DNA from: Acidobacteriota bacterium
GTDB taxonomy: Bacteria > Acidobacteriota > Thermoanaerobaculia > Gp7-AA8 > JAHWKK01
DNA length: 64,000 nucleotides
Assembly (NCBI GenBank): GCA_019347945.1
Contig: JAHWKK010000001.1
Location: 67,299 to 131,298 of the forward strand
Direction of reading: 5' to 3'
The notes beneath the pieces are model-generated. The model worked only from the letters and a program-made list of their open reading frames with translations, did no database searches and was not told the origin of the DNA. Of this stretch, positions 1 to 8,474 are shown in pieces. Position numbers and translations under genes: made by a program. Numbering within the stretch: position 1 is the first letter of the stretch; the number at the start of each line of letters is the position of its first letter.

Positions 1-829
1 TGCCGTCGGGAGAGATGGCGGGGCTTCCGTCGGGTCCGTCGCGGTCGGTGAGGCGGACGATCGCCCCGTCCTCGATCGATACGCGATAGAGCTCGCTCTC
101 CAGCGGGTCGGTCTCCCAGTCCTCGTTTCGATTTGCAGAAACCACGATCGACCGCCCGTCGCTGTCCCAGGCAACCGAGGGGCCGTGATCGAAGTCCCCC
201 GAGGTCAGCTGCCTCGGCGTCCCTCCGTCGGCCGGAACCACGAAGAGGTGATCGAATCCTTCTTCGAGGTATCCGGCGCCATCCGAACGGTATTGGAGCG
301 ACTCGATCACCTTGAGCGGTTCCGCCCACTTCGCTCCTTCGGGCGGTTTAGGCATCTTCGCGAGCGGCTCCCGCTCGCTCGGCACCTTCATCGTGAATGC
401 GATCCAGTTTCCATCCGGCGACCAGGTGACGCCGCGCGGCGAGTCGGGAAGCTGCGTGAGTCGCGCCGTCTCGCCCGAGCCCAGCCATCGGACGAAAAGT
501 TGCGCGGAACCCTCCGACGACGAGACGTAGACGATGCGCCCCCCCTCGGGCGACCAGCGCGGAGAGGTGTCGTTGCGCAGGCCGCTGGTCACCGGACGAT
601 GCCTTCGGCCGTCGAAATCGATTGCCCAGAGATTCGCTCGCCGGCGGTCCGACTGAACGTCCATGAAGTTCCGGACGTAGACGATCGATTGCCCGTCCGG
701 AGACAGCCGCGGATCGGATGCCCATTCGAGCTCGAACATGTCCATCGGCTCGAGCGGTCGGGGAGCATCCGCGCCTGCTGCGGCTCCGGCAGCCATTAGT
801 GAAAAGATCAGCGGTACGAGTCGTTTCAT
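1..829 (-). CDS. S9-family (acylaminoacyl/dipeptidyl) peptidase, N-terminal part with signal peptide and PD40/TolB-like propeller; runs off the left edge
   Basis: Manual translation from ATG 829: MKRLVPLIFSLMAAGAAAGADAPRPLEPMDMFELEWASDPRLSPDGQSIVYVRNFMD...PRWSPEG...VTWSPDGNWIAF...YRSDGAGYLEEGFDHLFVVPADGGTPRQLTSGDFDH; SD-like GAAGGGGG upstream; absent from the ORF track because its stop lies outside the window. Confidence 0.8.
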   Translation of the reverse strand, partial: MKRLVPLIFSLMAAGAAAGADAPRPLEPMDMFELEWASDPRLSPDGQSIVYVRNFMDVQSDRRRANLWAIDFDGRRHRPVTSGLRNDTSPRWSPEGGRIVYVSSSEGSAQLFVRWLGSGETARLTQLPDSPRGVTWSPDGNWIAFTMKVPSEREPLAKMPKPPEGAKWAEPLKVIESLQYRSDGAGYLEEGFDHLFVVPADGGTPRQLTSGDFDHGPSVAWDSDGRSIVVSANRNEDWETDPLESELYRVSIEDGAIVRLTDRDGPDGSPAISPDG

Positions 830-944
830 CACTATCCCCCTTCGAGCTGGATTCTCATCCGTCTGCGTGACTCTACTTTAACCGCACCTCCGGGAACGGG
901 GAGGCAATCGCCGTCACGGTAGGTCTCTTGCACGCGCCGGGGCC

Positions 945-1178
945 GTGCTGAGTCTGCTGTTTCTCCTCGCGGCGGCGTTGCCCGTTTCCGCTGAAGAGCC
1001 CGATCCGCCGCCGGAGGAGCAGGTCGTGGCGGAGGTGATCGTTGTGACGCCTTCGAAACCGATCGATACCGACCGTCAGGCGTGGACCAGGATCTCCCGC
1101 TCCTCGATCCAGTCGGGCCAGCGCGCAATGTCGAGCTGCGTCGTGACAGTCCAGGTCAGACTGTTGCTCGACGCATAG
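945..1178 (+). pseudogene. Probable 5' remnant of a secreted protein gene (signal peptide + EVIVVT motif)
   Basis: MLSLLFLLAAALPVSA-EEPDPPPEEQVVAEVIVVTP; after about 43 codons the frame runs antisense into the 3' end of the 1076..2167 gene. Confidence 0.35.
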
Positions 1179-2167
1179 AATGACGGTGACGCGTCCGCCG
1201 GGATCCGGATCGATGCGCCTTCGTTGAATGGCATGTTCGGAGAGAGCGTTCGTGCGCCCGCGACGTTCAGCTGCTGCTCGAAGACGACGTGGCGGTGCGT
1301 GGTTTTGTTCGTGCCGGAGCCGCTGACGACGATCTCGGTCGCCACAACCTTCGCGGTTGCGCCGTTGAGCTCCACGGGGTTCTCCGGCCGGCAACCGATG
1401 CTCACGCGAACCTCTTCGCCCGCCCGGATCAGTGCGGGCTCGACCGTGAGCTTCACCTGACCGAGTTTCTTCCGGGCGACCATGTTCCGGACTACCTTCA
1501 GGAGGATACCGAGGAACAGCGCGATGACCACGAGTCCCCCGACCCCCCACATCAACGCTTCGATGAGTGCGACCTCCCCTCTCGTGAACCCGATTCCCTG
1601 CCGGACCGCCGCCCCCAAAATAAAGACCAACGGTCCCAGAAAAACGAAGAGACAGCCAATTGCCACGAGGTTGCCGACCCAGCCACCCGATATTGTGGGC
1701 GCTGCGGCCGCTCCGCCGGAGGTCTGTTCCTTCAGTTTGGCAGGCAGATACGTTTCCGAGCCGGCAGCGGTGAGCCAGTTTGGTTCCGCCTCCGGGTTGG
1801 GTCTCAACACGACTTCCTCTTCCACCCTCGGATCGATCGCCCAGGGAATATCGGCGGTCGCGTAGACTTCCCAGACGACGTTCAGGAGGGTGCCGTGGTA
1901 GGTGTAGGGGCCTGCCGGAAACTCGAATGCGAAAGGGCGCCGGAAAACCGTACCGGCGGTCCATTCGCCTTCGAAAAGCGTCTCGAACACGATCCTTTCG
2001 GTAACACTGTTGCCCCTGCCGTGGGTGCGCCATCGAAGTCCGACCTCGAGTCCGTCGCACCGGACGTCCTTGTCGATTCGCACGTCGATGATTCCGCGCA
2101 CGGTCTCGCCCGGGCGGAAAGTATTCTTCCCTTCATCCAGATGCAGTGTCAGATCACATTTCGCCAT
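1076..2167 (-). CDS. Membrane protein with two SpoOM/arrestin-like beta-sandwich domains flanking two TM helices
   Basis: N-domain (FRPGETVRGIIDV...FEFPAGPYTYHGTLLNVVWEV...DIPWAID) and C-domain (IRAGEEVRVSI...IRIPADASPSFYASSNSLTWTV...DIARWPD) resemble each other; two hydrophobic helices between them. Confidence 0.7.
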   Translation of the reverse strand: MAKCDLTLHLDEGKNTFRPGETVRGIIDVRIDKDVRCDGLEVGLRWRTHGRGNSVTERIVFETLFEGEWTAGTVFRRPFAFEFPAGPYTYHGTLLNVVWEVYATADIPWAIDPRVEEEVVLRPNPEAEPNWLTAAGSETYLPAKLKEQTSGGAAAAPTISGGWVGNLVAIGCLFVFLGPLVFILGAAVRQGIGFTRGEVALIEALMWGVGGLVVIALFLGILLKVVRNMVARKKLGQVKLTVEPALIRAGEEVRVSIGCRPENPVELNGATAKVVATEIVVSGSGTNKTTHRHVVFEQQLNVAGARTLSPNMPFNEGASIRIPADASPSFYASSNSLTWTVTTQLDIARWPDWIEEREILVHA

Positions 2168-2889
2168 TGCGTCTCCTTCTCGCTGCTGCGCAGCATGTTC
2201 TGATAGTCCTCGTAGAGCTGGTCGAGCAGCGAGCGGAGATCATCGCCGTATTGTTCGACGAGATCGCGGGCGATGGCGCGGCTCATCACCGGCAGGGATC
2301 CGTCACCCGCACGCGCCCGCTCCAGCCTTCGGCTCACGATCTCGAGAAGCAGGTCTTCATCGAGCCCGCTCACCGTGATCGTACGGCTGACCAGACCCTT
2401 CGCGCGCAGTTCGTCGGTCAGATCCTCGTGACTCGCGAGCACGAGTGTCGCACCGGTACGACGGGCCTCGCGAAAGAGCCGGCGGCGCCGGCGCCGTGGC
2501 AGGCGCTGTGCTTCGTCGAGAAGAAGAGCCGGCCCACCCCCCGGTCGGGCCTCGAGGCGGGGGAGCGAAGGTAGGGGCTCGTCTTCCGCGAGATAGACGT
2601 ACGGGGCGCCGCGGAAGCGCCTCTGCAGCAGCCGGAGACGGGCTGTCTTGCCCCGGCCAGCCTCCCCCAGAAACTGGAGAACTGCTCGCGGTTTAGCCAG
2701 CCAGTCGAGCAGTTCGGCTTCGTTCGAAAGTACGATGAGATCGCCCACGACATCCAATGGCGGCTCACCGAACGGGTTCCGGCGGAGATTGAGCCGCGAC
2801 CAGGGAGACACCTCGCCGCGCATGACCGGGGAGAGTAGCACGGCAGCGGCCGTTCCGGGTGCTCGATCTGAACCGGGAGCGGGCGACAC
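2149..2889 (-). CDS. Small P-loop NTPase (AAA+/Hda/ExeA-like); start uncertain (2889 or 2823)
   Basis: N-terminal NPF motif, Walker A GEAGRGKT, Walker B LLLDEAQ; overlaps the downstream gene. Confidence 0.7.
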   Translation of the reverse strand: MSPAPGSDRAPGTAAAVLLSPVMRGEVSPWSRLNLRRNPFGEPPLDVVGDLIVLSNEAELLDWLAKPRAVLQFLGEAGRGKTARLRLLQRRFRGAPYVYLAEDEPLPSLPRLEARPGGGPALLLDEAQRLPRRRRRRLFREARRTGATLVLASHEDLTDELRAKGLVSRTITVSGLDEDLLLEIVSRRLERARAGDGSLPVMSRAIARDLVEQYGDDLRSLLDQLYEDYQNMLRSSEKETQWRNVI

Positions 2890-2910
2890 CTCCGCCAGGA
2901 CGGCGGGGCG

Positions 2911-5181
2911 TCAGTTCCCCTCGAGCACACGCGCCTCGATCGAACGGAACCGAGGGGTGTGCCGGATCGGGTCCCATGCCGCGTCGACCCTGAGGAAGGC
3001 GAGATGAACCTCACGCTCCTCCAGCGCCCTGTCGAGTCGGTCGAGCGCCGCGTCGGTGCTGCCGAGGACGCTTTCGATCCTCGCCACCAACGTCTGGGGT
3101 ACGTAGCGTGGACGTGGCGGTTTGTCGAGCCGCCGGATCGCCTTCGATGCGCCGGCTCGCTTCCCCCACAGCGCGTAGAGCTCCGCGAGCGCGACCTCGA
3201 CTTCCGGATAGTCGGATCTTTCACGAGAGAGCGCCTGCAGCTCGTCATGAGCCTCTTCGAACATTCCCTGTCGCGCCAGTGCCAGCGCCAGAACGATGCG
3301 CGCTCCGGCCGCGGAGCTTCTCTGGATCAGCGTCCGATGCCCGTGCTCCTGTGCGTCGATCCACCGCCGCCCGAAGTAGAGCACTCGTGTCGCGCGCTCG
3401 CCCAACTCCGGGTTCAGACTGTCGAGTACGACCGCGCGTTTGGCGTCGACGACCGCCTCGTCGGGCCTCCCCACGCAGACCAGGATCTCGGCACGGCTGA
3501 TCAGGCTTTCGGGCGATTCCCGAAGGCCGGAGACGATGGTCAGTGCCTGTTCCCACTTCCAGTCCATGAAGGCCCGCATTCGAGCGCAGGCCAGCTTCGT
3601 CTCGTCGCTCGGGTGAATCGCTTCGGCTCTGGAAGCCTCGGAGAGCGCTTGATCTCGAACCGCGGATGTGGGAGCGAAGCCATTCAGTGCTTCCTGAAGC
3701 CGGGCTTCGGCCAGTCTGGCGTGCCCGAGCGCAAATGCAGGCATGCTCGTCACCGCGCGTTCGAGCGCTTCGATCGCGCGTCGAAAGCCGCTGCTGGTTC
3801 CTCGCGAAAGATCGCTGCGCACCGCTCCGAGGATCTCGACGGTTTCGCTCGAAAGCTCCGGCTGCGAGGTCATCTCGACGGTGGCATCGACCGCCGGTCT
3901 GCGAAACGGGAGGTGCGGGCCGAGCGTCTTCACGATGTTCGAGATCAAACCTTCGATTGACGCCTCGCCGGTATCGACCAGACGTTCTCGTCCGCCCCAG
4001 ATCTGTGCGCCGCGGGAAGTATCGATCAGCTGGAGCTGCACGAGAACGGAGCCCGAAGATCTGCGAATCGAGCCGGCGATGACGAGCGTGGCCTCGAGCG
4101 CAGATCCCGCCTCTTCCGGATCGGGTCGGGCGCCAAGCTTTCTGATCCGGCTGCGCGCGACGACCTCCAACGCCGTCTCGTTGGCGAGCCGGTTCTGAAT
4201 CTCCTCGGCGACGGTCATCCCGACCGATTCCAGCTCGGGATCCTCATCCGGCGTCTCCAGATCGAGAACGGCGAGCGTTGCGCGTCCCCGCTTCCTCACG
4301 ACCGGCAGGTAGCCGGAGAGCGTCTCGTGATCCCCTTTCAGAAGCGCGTCGAGGGCCGATCGGAGCTCTTCTCCCTCCGGAAACCGATCCTCGACGTTCT
4401 TTTCGAGACTCTTCATCACGATCGACTCGAGGTCCGACTGAATCGCTGCGTCGATGGCCGGCAGGGGTCGCGGCTCTTCCTTCATGATTGCGTGCATCGT
4501 TTCGGCCGCCGTCTTGCGCGCAAAGGGTCTCGAGCCGACCAGCATCTCGTAGAGCACGCAGCCGAGCGAGAAGATGTCGCTCGCAGGCCCTGTCTCTTCT
4601 CCGGCAGCCTGTTCCGGCGACATGTAACCGACCGTGCCGAGAACAAAGCCTGCCGGCGTTTTCACGATCGTCTGTTCGGTGCTGTTGATCTCCCGCATGG
4701 AGGTGTCGAGCCGCGCAATGCCGAAATCGAGCACTTTCGCTCCGTGTACCGTCAGGAAGATGTTTTCCGGCTTGATGTCACGATGCGTGATTCCGCGGGC
4801 ATGTGCGGCCGCAAGAGCACGCGCGACGTCGAGCGTGATCCTGAGCGCCTCGCGGTAATCGATCCTTCTTTCATCTCCGATGCGCTCCCGAAGAGTCTGT
4901 CCTTCCAGCAGCTCGGTCACGACGTAGCGTAGGTCTCCGTCGTGCCCTACGTCGAAAATCGAGACGATGTGCGGGTGGGAGAGGGCGGCGACCACCTTCG
5001 CTTCCCGCTCGAATCGCTCGAGAACGTCCGCGCGGGAGGTGAGGTGGGGCGAGAGCACCTTGACCGCGACGTCCCGGTCGAGCCGGGAATCATGAGCGCG
5101 ATAGACCTCGCCCATACCCCCCGCACCGAGCAGTCCCTGGATTTCGTAGGGACCGAGCAGTGTGCCTGACTCAATCGGCAT
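2911..5181 (-). CDS. Hanks-type Ser/Thr protein kinase with TolB_N-like and TPR domains
   Basis: LGAGGMGEVY, VAVK, HRDIKPEN, DFG, GTVGYMSPEQ, DIFSLG; start placed at MPIESGTLLGPYEI behind a TATACT box. Confidence 0.93.
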   Translation of the reverse strand: MPIESGTLLGPYEIQGLLGAGGMGEVYRAHDSRLDRDVAVKVLSPHLTSRADVLERFEREAKVVAALSHPHIVSIFDVGHDGDLRYVVTELLEGQTLRERIGDERRIDYREALRITLDVARALAAAHARGITHRDIKPENIFLTVHGAKVLDFGIARLDTSMREINSTEQTIVKTPAGFVLGTVGYMSPEQAAGEETGPASDIFSLGCVLYEMLVGSRPFARKTAAETMHAIMKEEPRPLPAIDAAIQSDLESIVMKSLEKNVEDRFPEGEELRSALDALLKGDHETLSGYLPVVRKRGRATLAVLDLETPDEDPELESVGMTVAEEIQNRLANETALEVVARSRIRKLGARPDPEEAGSALEATLVIAGSIRRSSGSVLVQLQLIDTSRGAQIWGGRERLVDTGEASIEGLISNIVKTLGPHLPFRRPAVDATVEMTSQPELSSETVEILGAVRSDLSRGTSSGFRRAIEALERAVTSMPAFALGHARLAEARLQEALNGFAPTSAVRDQALSEASRAEAIHPSDETKLACARMRAFMDWKWEQALTIVSGLRESPESLISRAEILVCVGRPDEAVVDAKRAVVLDSLNPELGERATRVLYFGRRWIDAQEHGHRTLIQRSSAAGARIVLALALARQGMFEEAHDELQALSRERSDYPEVEVALAELYALWGKRAGASKAIRRLDKPPRPRYVPQTLVARIESVLGSTDAALDRLDRALEEREVHLAFLRVDAAWDPIRHTPRFRSIEARVLEGN

Positions 5182-5223
5182 GCGACGGAGTATAACTTCG
5201 GGGAAGATTCGCATTCGCGGGGC

Positions 5224-5264
5224 TTGACAGATGGCGATCCCAGGTGTATTAGTACAGCAGTACA
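5224..5264 (+). promoter_or_regulatory. Promoter (-35 TTGACA) overlapped by a YtrA/GntR-type palindromic operator
   Basis: TTGACA at 5224-5229; TGTATTAGTACAGCAGTACA at 5245-5264 fits the TGTAnTnnTnnAnnAnTACA dyad typical of YtrA-subfamily autoregulation. Confidence 0.75.
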
Positions 5265-5297
5265 GCAACTCACCTCGAAGGAAGGATCCGGCAATTC

Positions 5298-5699
5298 ATG
5301 TTCAGCATCAATCCGGGAGACGCCGTCCCGATCTGGAAGCAGATCGAGCAGGAGATGCGGAGACTTCTCGCGATCGGCCGCCTCTCGCCCGGCGAAGCTG
5401 TACCGAGTGTGCGGGAGGTGTCGAGGGAGCTTCGCGTCAACCCGGCGACGGTTCAGAAGGCCTACCAGCGGCTCTGCGACGAAGGATTGTTGATGGTTCG
5501 CCGCGGAGAGGGAACCTTCGTGGAGGTGCAGCCGGCGAGGCTCGATGGGGCGCATCGCCGGGAAGAGCTCCACGACGCTGCCGTGCGGTATGCCAGTCTG
5601 GCAGCGACGATCGGTGCGACTCCGGCGGAGGCGCAGGGGATAGTGACCAAGGAAATCGAACGAGTCATGAAAGTGGCACAAGGGAGGCGAAATGAGTGA
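5298..5699 (+). CDS. GntR family (YtrA subfamily) transcriptional regulator
   Basis: PIWKQI...PSVREVSRELRVNPATVQKAYQRL...RRGEGTFV; short C-terminal domain; heads an ABC operon. Confidence 0.93.
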   Translation: MFSINPGDAVPIWKQIEQEMRRLLAIGRLSPGEAVPSVREVSRELRVNPATVQKAYQRLCDEGLLMVRRGEGTFVEVQPARLDGAHRREELHDAAVRYASLAATIGATPAEAQGIVTKEIERVMKVAQGRRNE

Positions 5700-6618
5700 T
5701 CACAACGGAGCTGAACCCGTTCTCGAGCTCGAGGGTCTGAAGGTCCGCTACGGCAAAATGATCGCGGTCAACGACATCTCCATCCGCGCCGAAGAAGGGT
5801 CGGTCTACGCGTTGCTGGGCCGGAACGGAGCGGGAAAGAGCTCGATCGTCCGCTGCCTGCTCGGATTCCAGAGGCCGAATGGTGGCGAGGCGCGGCTATT
5901 CGGCGAATCAGTGTGGAAAAAGCGCGCGAGCCTGATGGACCGGGTCGGCGTGGTTCCGGAAGACCCCGATGCACCGCCCGAGATGAAACCGCGCGAGATT
6001 CTCGAGTTCTGCTCGCGCCTCTATTCGAAGTGGGATCACGACACGGCGATCTCGCGGCTCGACCGGTTCAGAGTTCCGCTGAATACTCCCTTCGGAAAGC
6101 TCTCCAAGGGACAGAAGCGCGAGGTCCTTCTCGCCGCGGCTCTTGCGAGTGAGCCGGAGCTCCTGGTGCTCGACGATCCGACGCTCGGGCTCGACGTCGT
6201 AGCTCGAAAGGAGCTGTTCGAAGAACTGATCTCGGACCTCGCGGATCGGGGGACGACCGTCTTCGTCACGACCCACGACCTTCCCGGAATCGAGGGAATC
6301 GCCGATCGCGTCGGCATCATGCTCGAGGGCGACATGCTGGTCGACGAGGACCTCGAAGCGTTGAAGTGGCGTTTCCGCCGGATTCGCTTCACTGCGGGTG
6401 GCCAGACGAGCGACCAGATCGATCTCGGCTCTCTTCATCCAGTTTTGAGGAAGCGGTGGGGAACGGGGGTCGAGGTCGTCGTTGACAATTACTCGGAGGA
6501 TCGGCTCGACGAGCTCCGAACGAAATCGGGTATTGCCGAGATCGAAGTCAATCCCCTGTCACTCGAAGACATTTTCATCGCGGTCGCCGAGGCCGACCTA
6601 GTGAGGGGCGCGTCATGA
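5692..6618 (+). CDS. ABC transporter ATP-binding protein (YtrB/CcmA-like)
   Basis: GRNGAGKS, LSKGQ signature, LLVLDDPTLGLD, H-loop TTH. Confidence 0.95.
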   Translation: MSDHNGAEPVLELEGLKVRYGKMIAVNDISIRAEEGSVYALLGRNGAGKSSIVRCLLGFQRPNGGEARLFGESVWKKRASLMDRVGVVPEDPDAPPEMKPREILEFCSRLYSKWDHDTAISRLDRFRVPLNTPFGKLSKGQKREVLLAAALASEPELLVLDDPTLGLDVVARKELFEELISDLADRGTTVFVTTHDLPGIEGIADRVGIMLEGDMLVDEDLEALKWRFRRIRFTAGGQTSDQIDLGSLHPVLRKRWGTGVEVVVDNYSEDRLDELRTKSGIAEIEVNPLSLEDIFIAVAEADLVRGAS

Positions 6619-8465
6619 AAAATCTCCTGCTCGTCATTAGTCGAGAACTGGTCGAACGGAAAATGCTGATGATTGGTGCTTTTGCGATCGGCCTGGTCAT
6701 TCTGGCCGTTCCCCTGGTCACCCGCGCACCGGCAAGAGATACCTGGAACATCGCGAGCCTGTACCTGCCGATCATGCTCGGCCTGGGGATCGCTGGTTTT
6801 GCCGCATCATCGTTCGTCGCGAGCGATCTGCGAGAGCAAAGACTCTCGTTCTTCCTCGGGCGTCCGCTGTCGACGGCGAGCGTGTGGGGAGGAAAGATGC
6901 TCGCGGCGTGGCTTCTCGCGATCCTCTGTGCGCTTCTGGTCCTTCTGCCCGCGACTGTGGTCGGCAGCGGGCTGATGTTCTGGCTGACAGCGGGAGAGGG
7001 TGGGCCGATGATGCTCGTGATGTCTCTGGTGGCGTCGGCAGTGATCATCCCCTTCGGCCATGCAGCGGGAGTGGCGCTCAGGGCCCGGTCTCCATGGCTT
7101 CTGGCGGACTTCGTCGCGCTTGCTCTGTTCGGTCTCGTGACGGCAGCGGCGCTCCGCCCCTTGTTTCATCAGTACGCCTTCCGCCTCGTCTACTCGACCA
7201 TTCTCGTGTTGGCGGCGTTTCTGACGGTCACGCTTCTGATTGGAGGATATGTCGGTCTGTCACGCGGTCGGATCGACCTGCGCAGCGCTCACGCGCATCA
7301 GTCGATGATCTCGAGCGGCGCTCTGATCGCTCTCGGCATCGCGGTATCCCTTTTCGTCGTCTGGGTTCGCTCGGTCGATGCTGAGGACCTGACCGAGTTC
7401 CGGCTGATGCCCTGCGTGACGGATTGCGAGCCGATGTTGGTAGGGACTTCCCGCGGGCGGGGAGACTATCGAGCCCATTTTGCGATGAGCGGCGAAGGGT
7501 TCCGTCAACTCGACTTTGCAAGTGAAGTCGGGCAGGCGTCGGATCGGGGCCGGACCGTCTGGCTGTCGGCCGAGTCGATCGAGCCGCCGACGGCTCGTGT
7601 CGGATACCTCGATCCCGGGATGGAGCGATCCGTGCGAACGAACATCCTGGCGCACCCGTACAACTCCTGGATCGCCGTCTCACCCGACGGCGAGCGGCTC
7701 GCGATCGCTGAAGACAGAACGCTTCAGATATTCAACCTCGATGAGGAAAGGGTGATCCGGACGGTTCGTCTCCCGGACGCAGCGGACTCGAGCTTCAGAG
7801 TATGGTTCCTGAACCAGGATCAGATTCTCGTTCTGACACCCCCGGCGGGGAGAGGGCCACTATCACCTGAGGGAGGCCGCAGCACCGGTTGGACCGGCGT
7901 GGTCGCCGACGTCGAGTCCGGCGACACGCGCGAGGTGGAATTTGCGACATATCCGCACGCGATCGATTCCGACCGCGGATTGCTGATGTTCGAAGACGAG
8001 AGTGAGATCACCGTATACCGCGCCGGCTCGTCGGAGCCGTTATTCACGACCGAGGGGACGAGCGCCGTTTCGACTTCTCACGGCGTTTTCGTCACCCGCC
8101 CCAGGAGCCGCCAGGTCGCAGTCGTCGATCCTGGCAGCGGGACCGAAAGAATCTATCCGCTGCCCGCCGACGTCACCGATATCGCGCTCGGGCCGGCCGA
8201 CGAGGAAAGCATGATTCTGGGCCTTACCCGCAGAAGCCAGTTCCAGCGATGGTCGTCGAGCGTTCCCAACGGAGCGCGACTCGTACGGCTCGATCTGACG
8301 ACTGGCGAGCTCGAGGAAATGGAGGAAGGTATCGTCCCGGCGCGGGCATACCAGCCCGGGATCTCGGGACCCTACTTCCTCCGGGATACCCCCTCCGGGA
8401 TGCAGCTGATTCGAATCGATCCGGGTAGCAGCGAAATGACCGTTCTCGCGGGCGGGACGGCGTAA
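6615..8465 (+). CDS. ABC-2-type permease fused to a C-terminal beta-propeller-like domain
   Basis: About 7 TM helices with FFLGRPLS..SVWGGK motif, then a soluble domain with IAVSPDGERLAI blades; ATGA-coupled to the ATPase. Confidence 0.75.
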   Translation: MKNLLLVISRELVERKMLMIGAFAIGLVILAVPLVTRAPARDTWNIASLYLPIMLGLGIAGFAASSFVASDLREQRLSFFLGRPLSTASVWGGKMLAAWLLAILCALLVLLPATVVGSGLMFWLTAGEGGPMMLVMSLVASAVIIPFGHAAGVALRARSPWLLADFVALALFGLVTAAALRPLFHQYAFRLVYSTILVLAAFLTVTLLIGGYVGLSRGRIDLRSAHAHQSMISSGALIALGIAVSLFVVWVRSVDAEDLTEFRLMPCVTDCEPMLVGTSRGRGDYRAHFAMSGEGFRQLDFASEVGQASDRGRTVWLSAESIEPPTARVGYLDPGMERSVRTNILAHPYNSWIAVSPDGERLAIAEDRTLQIFNLDEERVIRTVRLPDAADSSFRVWFLNQDQILVLTPPAGRGPLSPEGGRSTGWTGVVADVESGDTREVEFATYPHAIDSDRGLLMFEDESEITVYRAGSSEPLFTTEGTSAVSTSHGVFVTRPRSRQVAVVDPGSGTERIYPLPADVTDIALGPADEESMILGLTRRSQFQRWSSSVPNGARLVRLDLTTGELEEMEEGIVPARAYQPGISGPYFLRDTPSGMQLIRIDPGSSEMTVLAGGTA

Positions 8466-8474
8466 GGAAGAACC

